Shown in pieces: positions 23,220-37,956 of a stretch of DNA of 59,794 nucleotides (its first letter is position 1; each line of letters opens with the position of its first letter). A program made the position numbers and the translations under genes. Source of the DNA: Octopus sinensis (taxonomy: Eukaryota); NCBI RefSeq assembly GCF_006345805.1, contig NW_021833849.1, positions 1-59,794 of the forward strand. Direction: 5' to 3'. The notes beneath the pieces are model-generated. The model had not been told where the DNA came from. It searched no databases and saw nothing but the letters and a program-made list of their open reading frames with translations.

Positions 23220-24559
23220 TGTGTGCGTGCGTGCTTGTCTGTCTATGTATGTGTGTGCTTTTTAGCTCCTTCTGTTTTCCGGATCATTGGTCGCTCTCTT
23301 GCCAGCCGGAACACCGCTTCGCCCTTCTTTTATACTCTGCTTGTTGCTGTTAAAAGATATATGTAGCCGTTTATCGTAACAGCTCTGTCATTTCTACCAC
23401 TTATTATATGGCCTGTGGTTTTAGATGTCTTGGTACATCGACTGAACTAAGGAATTATCTTTTAGTTTCCTCCTAATTAGATGGTCGCACCATTTCACTC
23501 TCTTCCATCTGACTACTTCAGTTCTGGTTTATGTCATGTAAATAACGTTTCTTATACAAATTACGCCAGTCTCACTATAATATCTTTTTAGTTTTAAACA
23601 CATCTTAATAACCTCTTACTTATGTGTTTCTAGACCCTGATTAGAGAAACAAAAATGTGCAACCTATCAATGCAACCCTGGCTGATGTCCTACAAGCTCC
23701 AGATCCTGTTTCTTAAATCTCTCAAATGCTATACATGCTAGCGTGACCTGTCTTTTCTAACCTGTGTGCCTAGTGCGACGGATACTACACAGCTCTCTTT
23801 GACATGTTCAACATAAGAACCATTCAGTGTAATTATTTCCTTTGCGTTGTGTAATTAATCTGTATATAATGCTATTCATTTTCATAGCCCATTTTCCCCA
23901 TATTTCGTCTGAGACCATCAATATTAGGTTTGCTTCCCAACCACATAATTCCGATTTTTTTTCTTGGTCTCATCGTGTGACATGGCACTTTGGGCAATTT
24001 CCACCATACTGAGAGAAAAGTACTAGGGTCAATTCGTTCGACTAAAACTTATTCCAGGGGCCCTCCACCTCCTCCAGCATGGCTGCAGTCTCATGACTGA
24101 AATAAAGGAAAAAGTTTTAAAATATATATTTCCTCACTTCGTTATTATCTGTGAACACATATTTTCTCTATTCTCCTTTCAGTGAAGAAAACAAATCTGT
24201 CTCCATGACATTTCTCCTTTACTCACTCTCTATCTCTTTTGCTACTTCTCTCTCTCTCTCTCCTCTCTCTTATAGCTTTGCCTCTCCCATACACTTCCAT
24301 CATCACTCCATGCTTCTCTCTCTCTCCCATATCACATGTTGCTTCCCTGCGCGTGGAGAATTAAGCCAGCAAAGACGTTCAACATTTTTATAATTGTTTT
24401 TCATCTCCGCTGTTTCGTTTAACATATTTTCTCTCTTCATTGTGAACCACAAACATAATCATTCTTCATTATTTTTCACACCATAACTTACTTCTCCTTG
24501 ATCTGTTTCTCTCTGCCTTTCGGTCCTGATATGGCCCCTCCTCCATACCATTGCCCACA

Positions 24560-24990
24560 ATCTCCATAGGTTCTACAACGATGAGCCCCCAATATACTAC
24601 AAGCACTATGACGAACAACCTGGTTATGAATCTAACTCCGCAGGTTCACAATGTTCAAAAACACACCTACAGACATCTACACATCTGTGCCTTACATCAA
24701 TATACAACACTTAACCTATATTGGGTGCTTGTCACACGTAGTTGCAGTACTTACAATCTTGTGAAAATATGACATACAACAGACAATTTGTAATACGTCC
24801 AGGCTGACAAGCAAGCTTTAATACGTGACTGCACGAAGATGTTGAATCCTATACAAACACAACATATAAATGGAACTAGTAGATTATAAACCGTAATGGT
24901 TAGCACAAGGTTTATCGAAGAATCAAATTCTGGATTAGTTACATCCACATCTTGGCTATGGGCTCCAAGAAGGGAAGTGCTGTTCCCTTG
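24560..24990 (+). mobile_element. Possible highly decayed Penelope-like GIY-YIG remnant
   Basis: ASFNT*LHE (like GRSFNTRLxEH with CGA>TGA), then YKW..II.R...RRIK; several stops. Confidence 0.35.
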
Positions 24991-25293
24991 CATATTCCGC
25001 TATAATGCCTAGACGAATAGTAAAATTCTGAACATATGGACGTGATAGATGTGTAGCGAGACCAATTTCTATTATTGTATATTTGGAAACATTAAGTTAG
25101 TTTCTGAAAGCTCACCACGCTACTCTGTTGAGATTGGTTAAAATAACTATCATAAAAGTCATTGGACATTTATTGAACCCTGTGTTGTGATTAGCTGAGT
25201 GTTGCGCCGGCGCTGGATCGAAGGTCTAATAACGTTACGCGTTATATATTTCTGGAACCTCATTTCTTTTCATAAATTGGTGCCATAAATTAT

Positions 25294-25617
25294 TTACGAG
25301 TCAGAGAGGTGAGAGTCATTCATCGAGGTGAAGTATGCGGATTCTGCCGTTTTCAGCATTAATTTGCTTACTCCATCTAATTTTTGAGAGCGGTCGAGTT
25401 CACTTTTAGTATTCTCGTTTGTGAGAGCAGTCGAGTTTATTTCAGATATTCTCATTCTAAAAATCATCTCTGGCTCATCGTTGAGAGGATGTTGGTATTG
25501 TCTCGGCGGAGGTTTGCACATTTTAAGTGCTCTACTGATTATTGTTATTGTTGTTGCTGCTTCTGCTGCTGCTGCTGCTGCTGATGATGATGATGATATA
25601 CAAGGTAATTCGGTAAA
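25294..25617 (-). CDS. Possible terminal exon or ORF of unknown function (FTELPCI-S5-A6...MCKPPPRQYQHPLNDEPEM...DSHLSDS*)
   Basis: Open for 108 codons after an atattttcAG acceptor; mirrored at 59673-59794 with an in-frame difference of one Ala; no recognisable domain. Confidence 0.25.
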   Translation of the reverse strand, partial: FTELPCISSSSSAAAAAAEAATTITIISRALKMCKPPPRQYQHPLNDEPEMIFRMRISEINSTALTNENTKSELDRSQKLDGVSKLMLKTAESAYFTSMNDSHLSDS

Positions 25618-25959
25618 CTGAAAATATCATTTCAGTCACCTATTCGATTGATTTATTTACAGAGTAATTCAGTTAACTGAAAGTACCTTTTCAGTTATCC
25701 ATTCGGATGTTTAATTTAAAGAGTTTACAGGTTTATCCGTGATCCATCCTTGCCTCATTCGTTACTGTTGTGGAAGGATTCCGACAACTCCCATATGATT
25801 AAAAGTGAATTGTCACAACATTTGCTATGAATAAAGAACTGTCGAGTTATCAGCAGTTCGCTGTGAGCCGTGTAACCTCGTATAACAGGAAGCCTCGTGC
25901 GTTCGTGTAAATACTTCGTTAAATTATTTATCAAACATACAAGGATAAAAAGTTACTTA

Positions 25960-27010
25960 TAAAGGAAATATACTTACACCATACCTCACGTTTTTGACAG
26001 TATCCGCGGAAGGAAGAGACTTGTGGATGACATGAATTACATATTATGAAGCACAGAAACAAAACGCTGATGAATCTAAGACTTACAGGAAATTCGAAAT
26101 TATGTCCTGTAACGCTCGAGTGCACATTAGGATACATGATGAAGATCATACCATAATTCAGCACATTGGTGAAGATCCTCATTGTTCATGTGCTTCAAAA
26201 TCCATGCATCATATTCAGGTGGGGTTATTCAGTGTCCCGCAGTTGTTTTCATTACCCCCACCCAAAAATAAACTTACAGCCGCCTTTTTTATAAGCTAAA
26301 TGAATTACTCCAAAGACTGAGCCCTGAAGATTTTATGAGGGATTTTGAAAAAGCTCTTATTAATAGCATTGTATCTGTTTCCTACTACTTCCATCTCATG
26401 CTGTCTTTTTCATCTATCACAAAATATATACAGAAAACATGTGAATTTGGCTTGAAGGACAGATACCATCATGATAATGAGTTTAGCATTAAAATCAGAG
26501 GTTTTTAAGCATTGCTAATTCTTCGTCTCGATGATGAGATTGACGGAGTCGAAAATCTTGTAGATGACGATGATCTTCCGCAAGAACTTGTGACCTACTT
26601 TAGATTATCGTACCTATGATAAGTGTGAAGTAAAGGAATGAGACCACGAAGGACTTCTCCCTAGTTTCCCATTGTCGAACATCTTGTAGATGACGATGAT
26701 CCTCCTGCTAGAACTTGTGACCTACTTTGGATTATCGTACCTAAGAAGAGTGCAAAGTAAAGGAATCAGACTACAAAGGACTTCTCCCTAGTTTCCTATT
26801 GGTAGTTGGAATGTCCGCTTTAAAACAGAATCGGATATGCCTCGCACTAATAACCTTTTAGAGGGATTTCACAACGCCCTACAAATTTCCTTAATTTGTT
26901 CACATCCGAATATATGGAGATAATTACTGCATTGAGAAGGGAAGAACACTTGGCACAGCTGAGAAAGGTTGAATTTGATGGAGGTGGGATCTGCGAGACC
27001 AAACAAAAAT
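25960..27010 (+). mobile_element. Mutator/MULE transposase pseudogene with an N-terminal FLYWCH-like finger
   Basis: SIRGRKRLVDD...CNARVH...H; DFEKALINS...SCCLFHLSQ; DDDDLPQELV.YF; FPIGSWNV...PRTNNLLEGFHN...HPNIWRLI; frameshifted. Confidence 0.85.
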
Positions 27011-27929
27011 AAAAGAAAGGATATAAGCAAACGGATAAGTATTGAGCGACATAGTCCCGAAAATAAGATGGATTTTATATGAGCAATGGCCCCTAACCTT
27101 CATTTTTATTGAAACTTTTAGTAATAATTTTAGGTTTTACTCGACTTTTTATTTCATCCTTATTCAACGTTTTATTTTTTGTAATATCGGGAGTGAGATT
27201 GACTTGTAGTCAAATTACCGGAGTCAAAATACCGTGTGTGAAGTTATCAGGATTCAAATTACCTGTCGCCAATTCAGTCGATGTCTGAGGGATACGGGTT
27301 CGAGTGCAACTTTTTTCCATCTCATAAGGGTACCCAGTCTTTCTCTGCTATCTCTACAGCTTTACTGGGTTTGAAATGTCCTTCCTTATCTGCAAGGTAT
27401 CGCGTTTAAAATGGTTAAGTATGTTATCATTTATTTATGCAGAAGAGATAACATTACATGACAGGGAGTAGCTTTAATGGAAGAAAAACATTCGCAAAAT
27501 ATATAAATTCCTACGTCTCTTATTAAGAGAGACTAATGAGTGTTTCTCTCGATGCCACAGGGAATGTTAACCATCTTCTAAATTTATGTCCCAGATTCCA
27601 GATACAGTTTTGAAGAATCACATGAATACTTTGATCACCTATAAACAAAAAGAAACTTGTTACTATGGAATTGCTTCAACGTAATCATTGGAGACCTCCG
27701 CTTCAATGAAGAAGCAGGCTGAAGCAAGAACTGACCAAATGCTATAGAAAGATAAAGCTTTAGCAAACCAAAAGAGAAGCGAGCATAATTACTACGTTTG
27801 TGTGCAATAAGGGGTCTCATGATAACAAACACTGTGTCCGGAAAAGACTGTCTGGAAGCTAAATCAATATATATATTATTCTTCAATTCATTACTTTGAA
27901 CAACGATCGTCAAGTTTGCTTTGGCAATT

Positions 27930-28720
27930 CTAAAGATATTTTGGTGTCACGAATTGTGTCACCAAAACAGATAAAATAACCTTTAAAGTTCAATACCTGA
28001 ACTTCAAATTTTACTATCCAACATATACAAAACGCAATATCCCATACAACCTAGCCGAGAAAATGTGTACGTTTGTGGAGGATGTGAGAATCAGAGACAA
28101 AAGCCTAACAAAACTAAAAGAATCTCTACCCAAGCAAAAATATCCGTCTCTACTCATAGAAAATGGTGTACAGCTTGATATAGAAATACCCATACAAGAA
28201 CTTAGGGCCACCCGAGGATGAGGAAAACGAGAACAGATCATACCAGTTATAGTGGCACACAACCCATGTTACCGGAATACCTTAAGCATTGCAAATCAAA
28301 CTTGCCGATCATTATTCAAAGTAATGAATTAGAAGATATAATCACGGATGGAGTAATGGCTCTAAGTAAAAGACAGTCGAAAGACTTGAAACATTTAATA
28401 AAGGCAAAGTGTGATCTTAGCAACAATACGAATCATTCATTGTGACTAAGTACAATGATAATCGATGTGGGACATGTCAGTTCATACATATCGGTCAATA
28501 TTGGAACAAAAAATAAACGGAAGAATATTTGCAAATTTAAATATGAACAGCAAAAGCAGAAATTTAATTTACTGCATCAAATGCCAGAATTCTGAAGAGA
28601 TATACGTTGGCCAGACTTGGATGCACTAGTGGAACGGTCACGTGTGCTCCAACAGTAAATAAGAGATCCTGATGTCGGCCAGATGATCCGTTAAACCGAC
28701 CACTGGCAACTTGTGGTCTA
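27930..28720 (+). mobile_element. Penelope-like element remnant (RT thumb, linker and GIY-YIG)
   Basis: QYLNFKFYYPTYTKRNIPYNLA; CGTC; SKSRNLIYCIKCQNSEEIYVGQT...R....Q*IRDP. Confidence 0.85.
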
Positions 28721-28809
28721 CACAACTGAAGACAAGGCGAGAGAAACGTAGAGAGAAAAAATTTATTGATAAACTGAAACCATTTTTAAATGGGCAAAAC
28801 TAATAATAG

Positions 28810-28868
28810 TTATAGTAACGGTGATGACTGGAATGATGATGATGATGATGATGATTATGATGATGATG

Positions 28869-28917
<49 letters not shown>

Positions 28918-29009
28918 TGATGATAATAATAATAATAATGATGATGATGATGATAATAATAATAATAATAATGATGATGATAATAATAATAATAACAATG
29001 ATAATAATG

Positions 29010-29040
<31 letters not shown>

Positions 29041-29098
29041 TAATAATAATAATAATAATAATATAATAATAATAAGAGTAATAATAATAATGATGATG

Positions 29099-29165
<67 letters not shown>

Positions 29166-29209
29166 TAATAATGATAATAATAATAATGATGATAATAATA
29201 ATAACAATG

Positions 29210-29243
<34 letters not shown>

Positions 29244-29482
29244 TAATAATAATAATGATAATAATAATAATAATAATGATAATAATAATGATAATATTAA
29301 TAATAATAATAATAATGATAATAATGATAATATAATAATAATAATAATAATTAATAATAATAATAATAATAATGATAATAATAAATAATGATAATAATAA
29401 TGATAATAATAATAATAATAATGATAATAATAATATAATAATAATAATAATAAGATAATATTAATAATAATAATAATATATG

Positions 29483-29525
<43 letters not shown>

Positions 29526-29559
29526 TAATAATAATGATAATAATATAATAATGATGATG

Positions 29560-29594
<35 letters not shown>

Positions 29595-29637
29595 TAATGA
29601 TAATATAATAATAATAAATAATAATAATAATATAATA

Positions 29638-29671
<34 letters not shown>
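28810..29671. repeat. ~860 bp (AAT/GAT)n microsatellite
   Basis: Directly visible; mirrored at 55631-56470. Confidence 0.97.
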
Positions 29672-31500
<1,829 letters not shown>

Positions 31501-31960
31501 AACTTCTACTAAAGGCAGAAGGCCTGAAATTTGGCGAAGGATGATTAGTCAATTACAATGACCCCAGTGTTTCACTGATAGTTAATTTATTGACCCTGAA
31601 AGGATGAAAGTCAAAGTCTACCTTGGTGGAATTTGAACTCAGAACATAAAGGTGAATAAAATGTTGCTATGCATTTTGTCCAATGTGCTAATGTTTCTGC
31701 CAACTTGCCGCCATAATGATAATGATGATGATGACGATGAAGATAAAAATAATTTCAAATTGTTGGCACTTGTGCCAACAATTTTGGTAAAGTGGAATAT
31801 ATAGTTCATTAATCAACCCCAGTACTCAACTGGTACCTATTTTACTGACCCTAACAGGATGAAAGGCAAAGTCAGCTTCATGGTAATCAGAATTTGGAAT
31901 GTAAAGTCAGAAGAAATGCTACTAAGCGTTTTGCCTGATGTGCTCACATTTCCGTCACCT
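31501..31960 (-). mobile_element. Two decayed SINE copies in tandem (31501-31712 and ~31750-31960)
   Basis: Both carry ttgaccctgaaaggatgaaag(t/g)caaagtc...gaatttg; a third fragment is at ~32605-32700. Confidence 0.7.
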
Positions 31961-33871
31961 TAACAACAATAACAACAACAATACTAATAATAAAATGTGC
32001 TGTTTAGCCCTTGGTCAACCCTGACTGCGCAGGCCTCAGATCAAAAGCATTCTAGCTGTGACCATCCTGTCTTTTTCCTATTTGCAGTGACCATATAACC
32101 ATGTGAGTTCACATGTCCTTGTTTTAAGATACGAGGCAGATGTGGCTGCTACATCTAACAGACCTAACCACCACATACACGATCTCTCATTGGTTCATTA
32201 TTAGCTTGTGCAAATAAATAGACAGGAACAGTTTGACAGGACCCTGCTTAGATTTTCAGTAGACGCATCAGATAGCATTTTTATCTGATGTACTTACTAC
32301 TACCACAGATAACTGTGGTTGTTCAATAGGATTGAGTATTGGGTATATCTATTGATGAGGGGGTCTATTCATATCCATTCCCTGTCTTCAGTCATCATAT
32401 GTTGTCAGAATCATAAGGACGCCTTCCTCACACTCATATTTGGGTATTTTAAACATGATGTAGCTAACCCCTCTCTCTGTCAAACCACAGTGGAAATCTT
32501 TCAAGGAAAGAGAGAGAAGAGAGAGAGGAGAGAGAGAGAGAGAGAGAGAGAATGAGAGAGTGCAAAATATAATGATGTATTCCTTTCAGTACCTGATGTT
32601 GTATTGAAAGAATGAAAAAGCAAAGTTGACGTTGATGGGATTTGAACTCAGGGCACAGAATGCCAGAATGACTACTTCAATACATTCTAAGCAATCCGCT
32701 AAAAATCCTGTCGAATCCCCAAGTAACAACTGGCAGGTATTTAATGCATGGAACATGCTTGGATGGAGTTGAAAGGCAAGGGGAGGTAATCCCTGTTTTT
32801 CTTTACCAGTGAGTGTTGCTAATTAAACCATCACCCATGTTGCTAATTGCACTTTAATTAGCAGATCGTTCGCAGTCATTATCTCCTGTGTTAACATTAT
32901 TTTATTTACATTTGACAGCAGTTCATTATAAAAAATCTATTTGAAATGTCTCATCTTGTCAATCGGTTTCTACTATTTGGTTATTAATAACCAAATTTTG
33001 AATATGTTTTCATAATGATGCCTTTAATTGACTTATGTCTGCAAGTTTATTTGAAGTATGATAATTTTTTTTGTTTTTATTCCAGTTTGTGAATTTGTTT
33101 CATATTAAAATTTTGTATGAAGTCACTACGTTTTACCCCCTTAATACATTTTGTTTGATTTTTAAATTTTTAAATTTAAAGCAAGATAAAAAGAAAAGAA
33201 AAACAGTTTTCATTAGGAGCAGTGTTATATATTTTTTAATATAAAAATGAGAAATTTAAAAGCAAATATTTGAACAGCATTGTTAAAAACAACAACATTG
33301 TGTAATTCCTTCTGTCAAATATAATTCTTCAGAAAAGAACAAGCATTATCAATGTATTCTGTTTTTAATTTAATTATTTCTTCTCAATTCAATTTAGCTG
33401 TTTTCAAATTATTTCAGAGATTGCACTTGTGTAGATAATGCAACACTTAAGGGACATTGATAATTGAACAAGACAAGTTTACATATTTTCAGTTAATAAT
33501 CTCATTACTTAATTTCAACAGGAATAATCCTTTACAAGAGTCTTCCCCATGACCACCACCTCTCCTCCCGCTCATCCTTCCACACCTTCTCTTCAGGCTA
33601 AAAAATTATTCTCAATTTTCAGTTTTCCAGGAAGCAAACGAATGTATCTGCCAATAATTTCCCAGACATATTTTTGATATTGTTGAGCAAACAGACAACT
33701 GACTAAAATCATTATTATTATTATTATTATTATTATATAACATATTGAATTCTTCAGGCTGGAATTACCTATAAAGATATTTATATTGGAGTATTAGAGT
33801 GTATGGGGATGGGGGGAAGGAAGAATATTTTTAAATCCTTCATTTACTGATGAAGTAATTTTAATTACACA

Positions 33872-34410
33872 AGACCCGGCAGGACAAGTGAGACCATAAC
33901 CCGTGGCCTCTACACGGGATGTAGCCAGTCCACTTATGCATACCACTCCTTCTTGGGACACAAAACTCTACTTGTGAAGACCTGTTGAGGCAAGTGAGAA
34001 TCGTAATCGATCAGCATCAATGGAAATTGCAGCTGTGATACTAGTGCCGGTGGCACGTAAGAGAACCATCCGAACGTGGCTGTTGCCAGTGCCGCCACGA
34101 CTGGCCTCGTGCCGGTGGCACGTAAAAAGCACCATCCGTTCGTGGCCGTTTGCCAGACTCGCCTGGCCCCCGTGTCGGTGGCACGTAAAAAGCACCATCG
34201 AATCGTGGCCGTTTGCCAGACGGGTCTGGCACCTGTGCCGGTGGCACGTAAAAAGCACCCACTACACTCAAGGAGTGGTTGGCGTTAGGAAGGGCATCCA
34301 GCCGTAGAAACATTGCCAGATCAGACTGGGCCTTCTGGCTTCCCAGACCCCAGTTGAACCGTCCAACCCATGCCAGCATGGAAAGCGGACGCTAAACGAT
34401 GATGATGATT
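33872..34410 (+). mobile_element. Short retroelement (SINE or LINE tail) with four ~63 bp internal repeats and a (GAT)n tail; left arm only
   Basis: gtg(c/t)cggtggcacgtaa at 34044, 34109, 34172 and 34235; ends ccagcatggaaagcggacgctaaacgatgatgatg; absent from the right arm and all tandem units. Confidence 0.8.
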
Positions 34411-34599
34411 ATGAATTTAATGAGTTAAAATAAACAAAAGACACTGGAACGCCATCCTTCTCCACCGCCATTAATACAAAGATAATGAAGAACATAATCC
34501 AACCAACATCTATTTCACAAAGACACAAATATTAAAGTAAACAATATTCTAGAAAAAAACTTTCTTATTTTTTTTTTTTTTGTTTTCAAAGAATTTCAT

Positions 34600-35900
34600 T
34601 CTCGTTGCTTTCTTTGAAATGTACAGTCCAGTTTTCCTTATTCTTGTTCCAAACAATTCGTCAATTTCTCGACTCTCTCTCTCTCCAACAGTACTGCTCT
34701 TTCCTCGCTACCAAACACCTCTTCATCCAGTCTTACTCTTATTAAATTCTTCACCTTTGCAATCTTTTCCTCAATTCACACAATCTTATCGTAAATTATC
34801 ATCATTCAGTCGGCTGCTTTCTTTGCCTCACATATTCCATTCTCCTCCTTACTTCCCCTTTCCACTCCTCATATTTCTCCTCTTTGTCTATTTCTTCTCT
34901 CCTTCTTGTTGTTGGCTCTGGGGTTCGATTTTCACTCGTCTCTTTTCTCTACTAATTTTTTCTCTTGTACTTTTACCGCTTTTTTCTTCTTTTTCAGTTT
35001 TGGGCGGTGACTCCGCACTTGTTCTTTTTCTGCCCCCTATTTCCTCCTCCTTTTCCTCCACCACTATTACTTCCTCCACCTCTGCTTAGTTCTCCGTTCT
35101 TTCCTCGTCTCTGGGGACACCTTGCCTTCATGTGTCCTCTTGTACCGCAATTATAACATACTGGAGGCTTCCCTTCCACCACAATTCTCAGCCGGGTGTC
35201 ATCGGGGAGCACCAACTCCTCTGCTATCTTGTACAAGTCAAGCAGGGTTATATGGACCAAGATTTCCAGTCTAAATCCCCATCAGTTTATCTCAGCCAAT
35301 TTTGCCACCTTGATAATCTTGGTCTCCTCCTCACAGTTGTACAGGATAGTTTCCAACAGCCATTCCTCATCTATTTTGGGTGGCACTCTCCCTATCTGTA
35401 CTCTTGCCACTCTTTTACCACATTAGGTTGGCAAAAGTGCCCACCTGGCTGATCTCAACAGCATCGTGGAGTACTTTTTCGTTTCCTCCTCATTCACGAA
35501 GTGAACCTCCACCGTGCCGTACTTCCTTCCACGAGTATAAAACGTCGTTACTCCCTTCACTTCGCTCAGGCATTCATCTGCTACTTCCACTCTTTTTGTT
35601 TCTACATCCAGCATTCTGTATATTATTATTTTCCTCTCTGCTCTTTCCATCGCTTCTCCCGGGGGTATCAGCCTAAGGCAGTCTCCCTCTTTTTTAAATA
35701 ATCCTTGTACTTTCCGAAATCCTTCTGCTCCAACACAAATTCTTTCAATCGCAGAATGTCAGCTGGCAGGCTTTTGCCCGCCACCGCGGTGTAACTGCCT
35801 ATTCGTTTTTCCTCCATTTCACCCAAAAATGGGGAAGAAAAAGAAACAGCATTAACAACAATTAACAAATCTCAAAAAATAACATTATCCAAAGTACAAC
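34600..35900 (-). mobile_element. L1/Tx1-like ORF1 remnant with a CCHC zinc knuckle
   Basis: ATG at 35817; SYTAVAGK; YGTVEVHF; LRIVVEGKPPVCYNCGTRGHMKARCP at 35117-35185; K/E-rich tail; frameshifts; no ORF2 visible. Confidence 0.75.
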
Positions 35901-36059
35901 AATGCACAACTCGCATCGACAATGCTATTCAAATTTTCTAACACCCACAAAAGAAAAACAACATTATTTCATTACTTAAACATGCAATTGGTTGTCGTTA
36001 ATAGAAATTCAAACGGGCCGGTTTCAAATTCCCGTAAGCCTATACAATTTTATTACAAC

Positions 36060-36400
36060 CATTTTTATTTCTATACCCTTTCAAAGAGTAGATGAAAACC
36101 TATGGTTGCAGAAAGGGATCACCTCAGCAAATTTAAAGTTTTGGGCCCAAAAAACTTAAGGATGGAAGGGATTCCTTAACACATAGCTTATACTTATTTA
36201 TATTTACTCTGAAGTAAGGGTCCCTCAAAATAACAGACCATTCCAAAGAATATCTTTTCTCATTACTCTTTAAACCATGTATATAAGAGGCAAGTGTAGT
36301 AGAATTAAAGTGGGCCCTATGCCTACTGTACTGCCTTTATAAAATTTATCTAAATTACCCTCCTCTTTAGCAACGCATGACTAATCTAAAAGTTAAACCC
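36060..36400 (-). mobile_element. Penelope-like GIY-YIG C-terminal remnant
   Basis: KFYKGST...NSTTLASYIHGLKSNEKRYSLEWSVI...KLCVKE...TLN resembles the STTLS.YIW.LK...Y.IKW.I...C.LC..EK..LLN pattern. Confidence 0.6.
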
Positions 36401-36599
36401 AGCAGACTAGTTCAAATTTTCTGACACCCAGCCACAAAAAAAACGAATTATTTTATTGCTAATCATGCAGGTGGTCGTTGTTAATAGAAATCCAAACCGT
36501 ATAAACATACACATATACACATATATTTGTATATACATATATATATATACACATACACACACACCTATATTTGTATATAGCCGAGCCGAGCCCTGGCCG

Positions 36600-36760
36600 C
36601 CATAGCGCTCATTGTGGGGTCGTAGCCTTGGACAGTGAGCCTCAACAGGTCTTTGCAAGCAGAGTTTAGTGTCCAATGAAGGAAAGGTACGCATAAGTAG
36701 GCTGGCATAGGCCATGAGGTTATGGTCTCACTTGGCTTGTAACCCATAAAAGCCCTCAAT
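36600..36760 (-). mobile_element. Fragment of the same repeat family as 33885-33990
   Basis: Reverse complement reads caagtgagaccataacc...cttatgcgtacc...aagacctgttgaggc. Confidence 0.65.
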
Positions 36761-37299
36761 GACTCAACAGAGCTCAGAAACACGTCCTCCTCCGCCACGT
36801 CACCTTCAACACCATGGAGTTATTTAAACTAATACAAAACCCTGAATCAATTAGTCATGGTTCTAACAACGGAATGCTCACACCGAACCTGATCATGTCA
36901 AGACTACATCACTCACTTCTGACATTTCCTTTTATTTTTTAACTGGTTCCAATCAGACTGTGGCCATACTGGAGCACTGATTTCAGAGTTTTATTTGATT
37001 TTATTCAGACTTGTACTTCTGTACTTTTCACTGGTGGTGTTGGTGATGGCAGTGGCGGAAGTTTGACCAAAACCCCTCAGATACCAAAAGATAAGTTCAT
37101 TAAAAAGACAAACAAATAAAAAAAAACAGTAAAGAAAAATAAAAGTTGAAAAGCTTTTTTCTTTCTTTCGAAATGGTTTCTCATTCGATGGTTGATGCGA
37201 TGAAAGGAGACTGAATGAATTTTGTTAACTTTTAGTCATGGTTTGGGCCAAAGTTTATTAGTTTGCATCTCTTAATGCTAATTAATTATTAGAAGCCAT

Positions 37300-37460
37300 G
37301 AGTGCAGGTGTGGCTTTGTGGTTGGGAAGTTGGCTTCCCACTCATATGATCCTGGGTTCAGTCCCACTGTGTGGCACCTTGGGCAAGTGTCTTCTACTAC
37401 ATTCCCAGACCAAGCACAGCCTTGGGAGTGGATTTGGTAGACAGAAACTGAAAGAAGGTG
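37300..37460 (+). mobile_element. tRNA-derived SINE 5' part
   Basis: gcaggtgtggctttgtggtt (A box), ctgggttcagtccc (B box), ccttgggcaagtgtcttctac, gaaactgaaagaag. Confidence 0.75.
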
Positions 37461-37956
37461 GCGTGTTGGCAGAAATTTCCAGAGATATCTCTGGAAATTT
37501 AAATCCACACTATGGATTGATTCATCTTCTCTTCGAAACTAATAAGCTTTTAAAAATCTGTGATAAGACTGTGCATCATCATTAAGGAACTTTGGAAAAC
37601 TGTTTACAACCTATATCTGCCTCTAATGGAACTATCTCCAATATTTCATGAGTATAACCTCACCCACTAAGATGTCTAGAGAACACAAATGTATTTTAGC
37701 TGATGAGTACGGGACACTTTTATCTGCTGCAATTTTTGCAACTTGTAATAAAGCCTGTCTTTGTATGAAACAATTGTACTAAAAACCAATCCATTCCTGT
37801 TGCTTCTTTCTCGTTTATAATCACCCCACATTACTGTATGGATAACACCATATAGTTTTTCTGGTGCATCTAAGTTAAGTACCACATTCAAGTAAATTCA
37901 TTGGAAGTTACTTGAATCTTAATTGCTTTGATTGTATATATATATATATATATGTA

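Noticed and set aside
23285-23340. TATA and CCAAT promoter
   Set aside because: TATAAAAG (minus strand) and CCAAT are in the wrong order and no downstream gene is evident
23430-23800. Possible decayed LINE endonuclease on the minus strand
   Set aside because: Resemblance too weak and too interrupted by stops to support
25598-27275. Terminal inverted repeats of the MULE element
   Set aside because: Only short ggtaatt-type motifs match; no convincing TIR or 9 bp TSD
32319-32555. Recurrent ORF MFNRIEYWVYLL (four copies)
   Set aside because: TTG-initiated, repeated only because the segment was duplicated, and ends in a GA microsatellite; the opposite-strand exon-like reading has in-frame stops
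34044-34260. CRISPR-like repeat-spacer array
   Set aside because: The spacers are homologous to each other, the array is internal to a eukaryotic retroelement, and there are no cas genes
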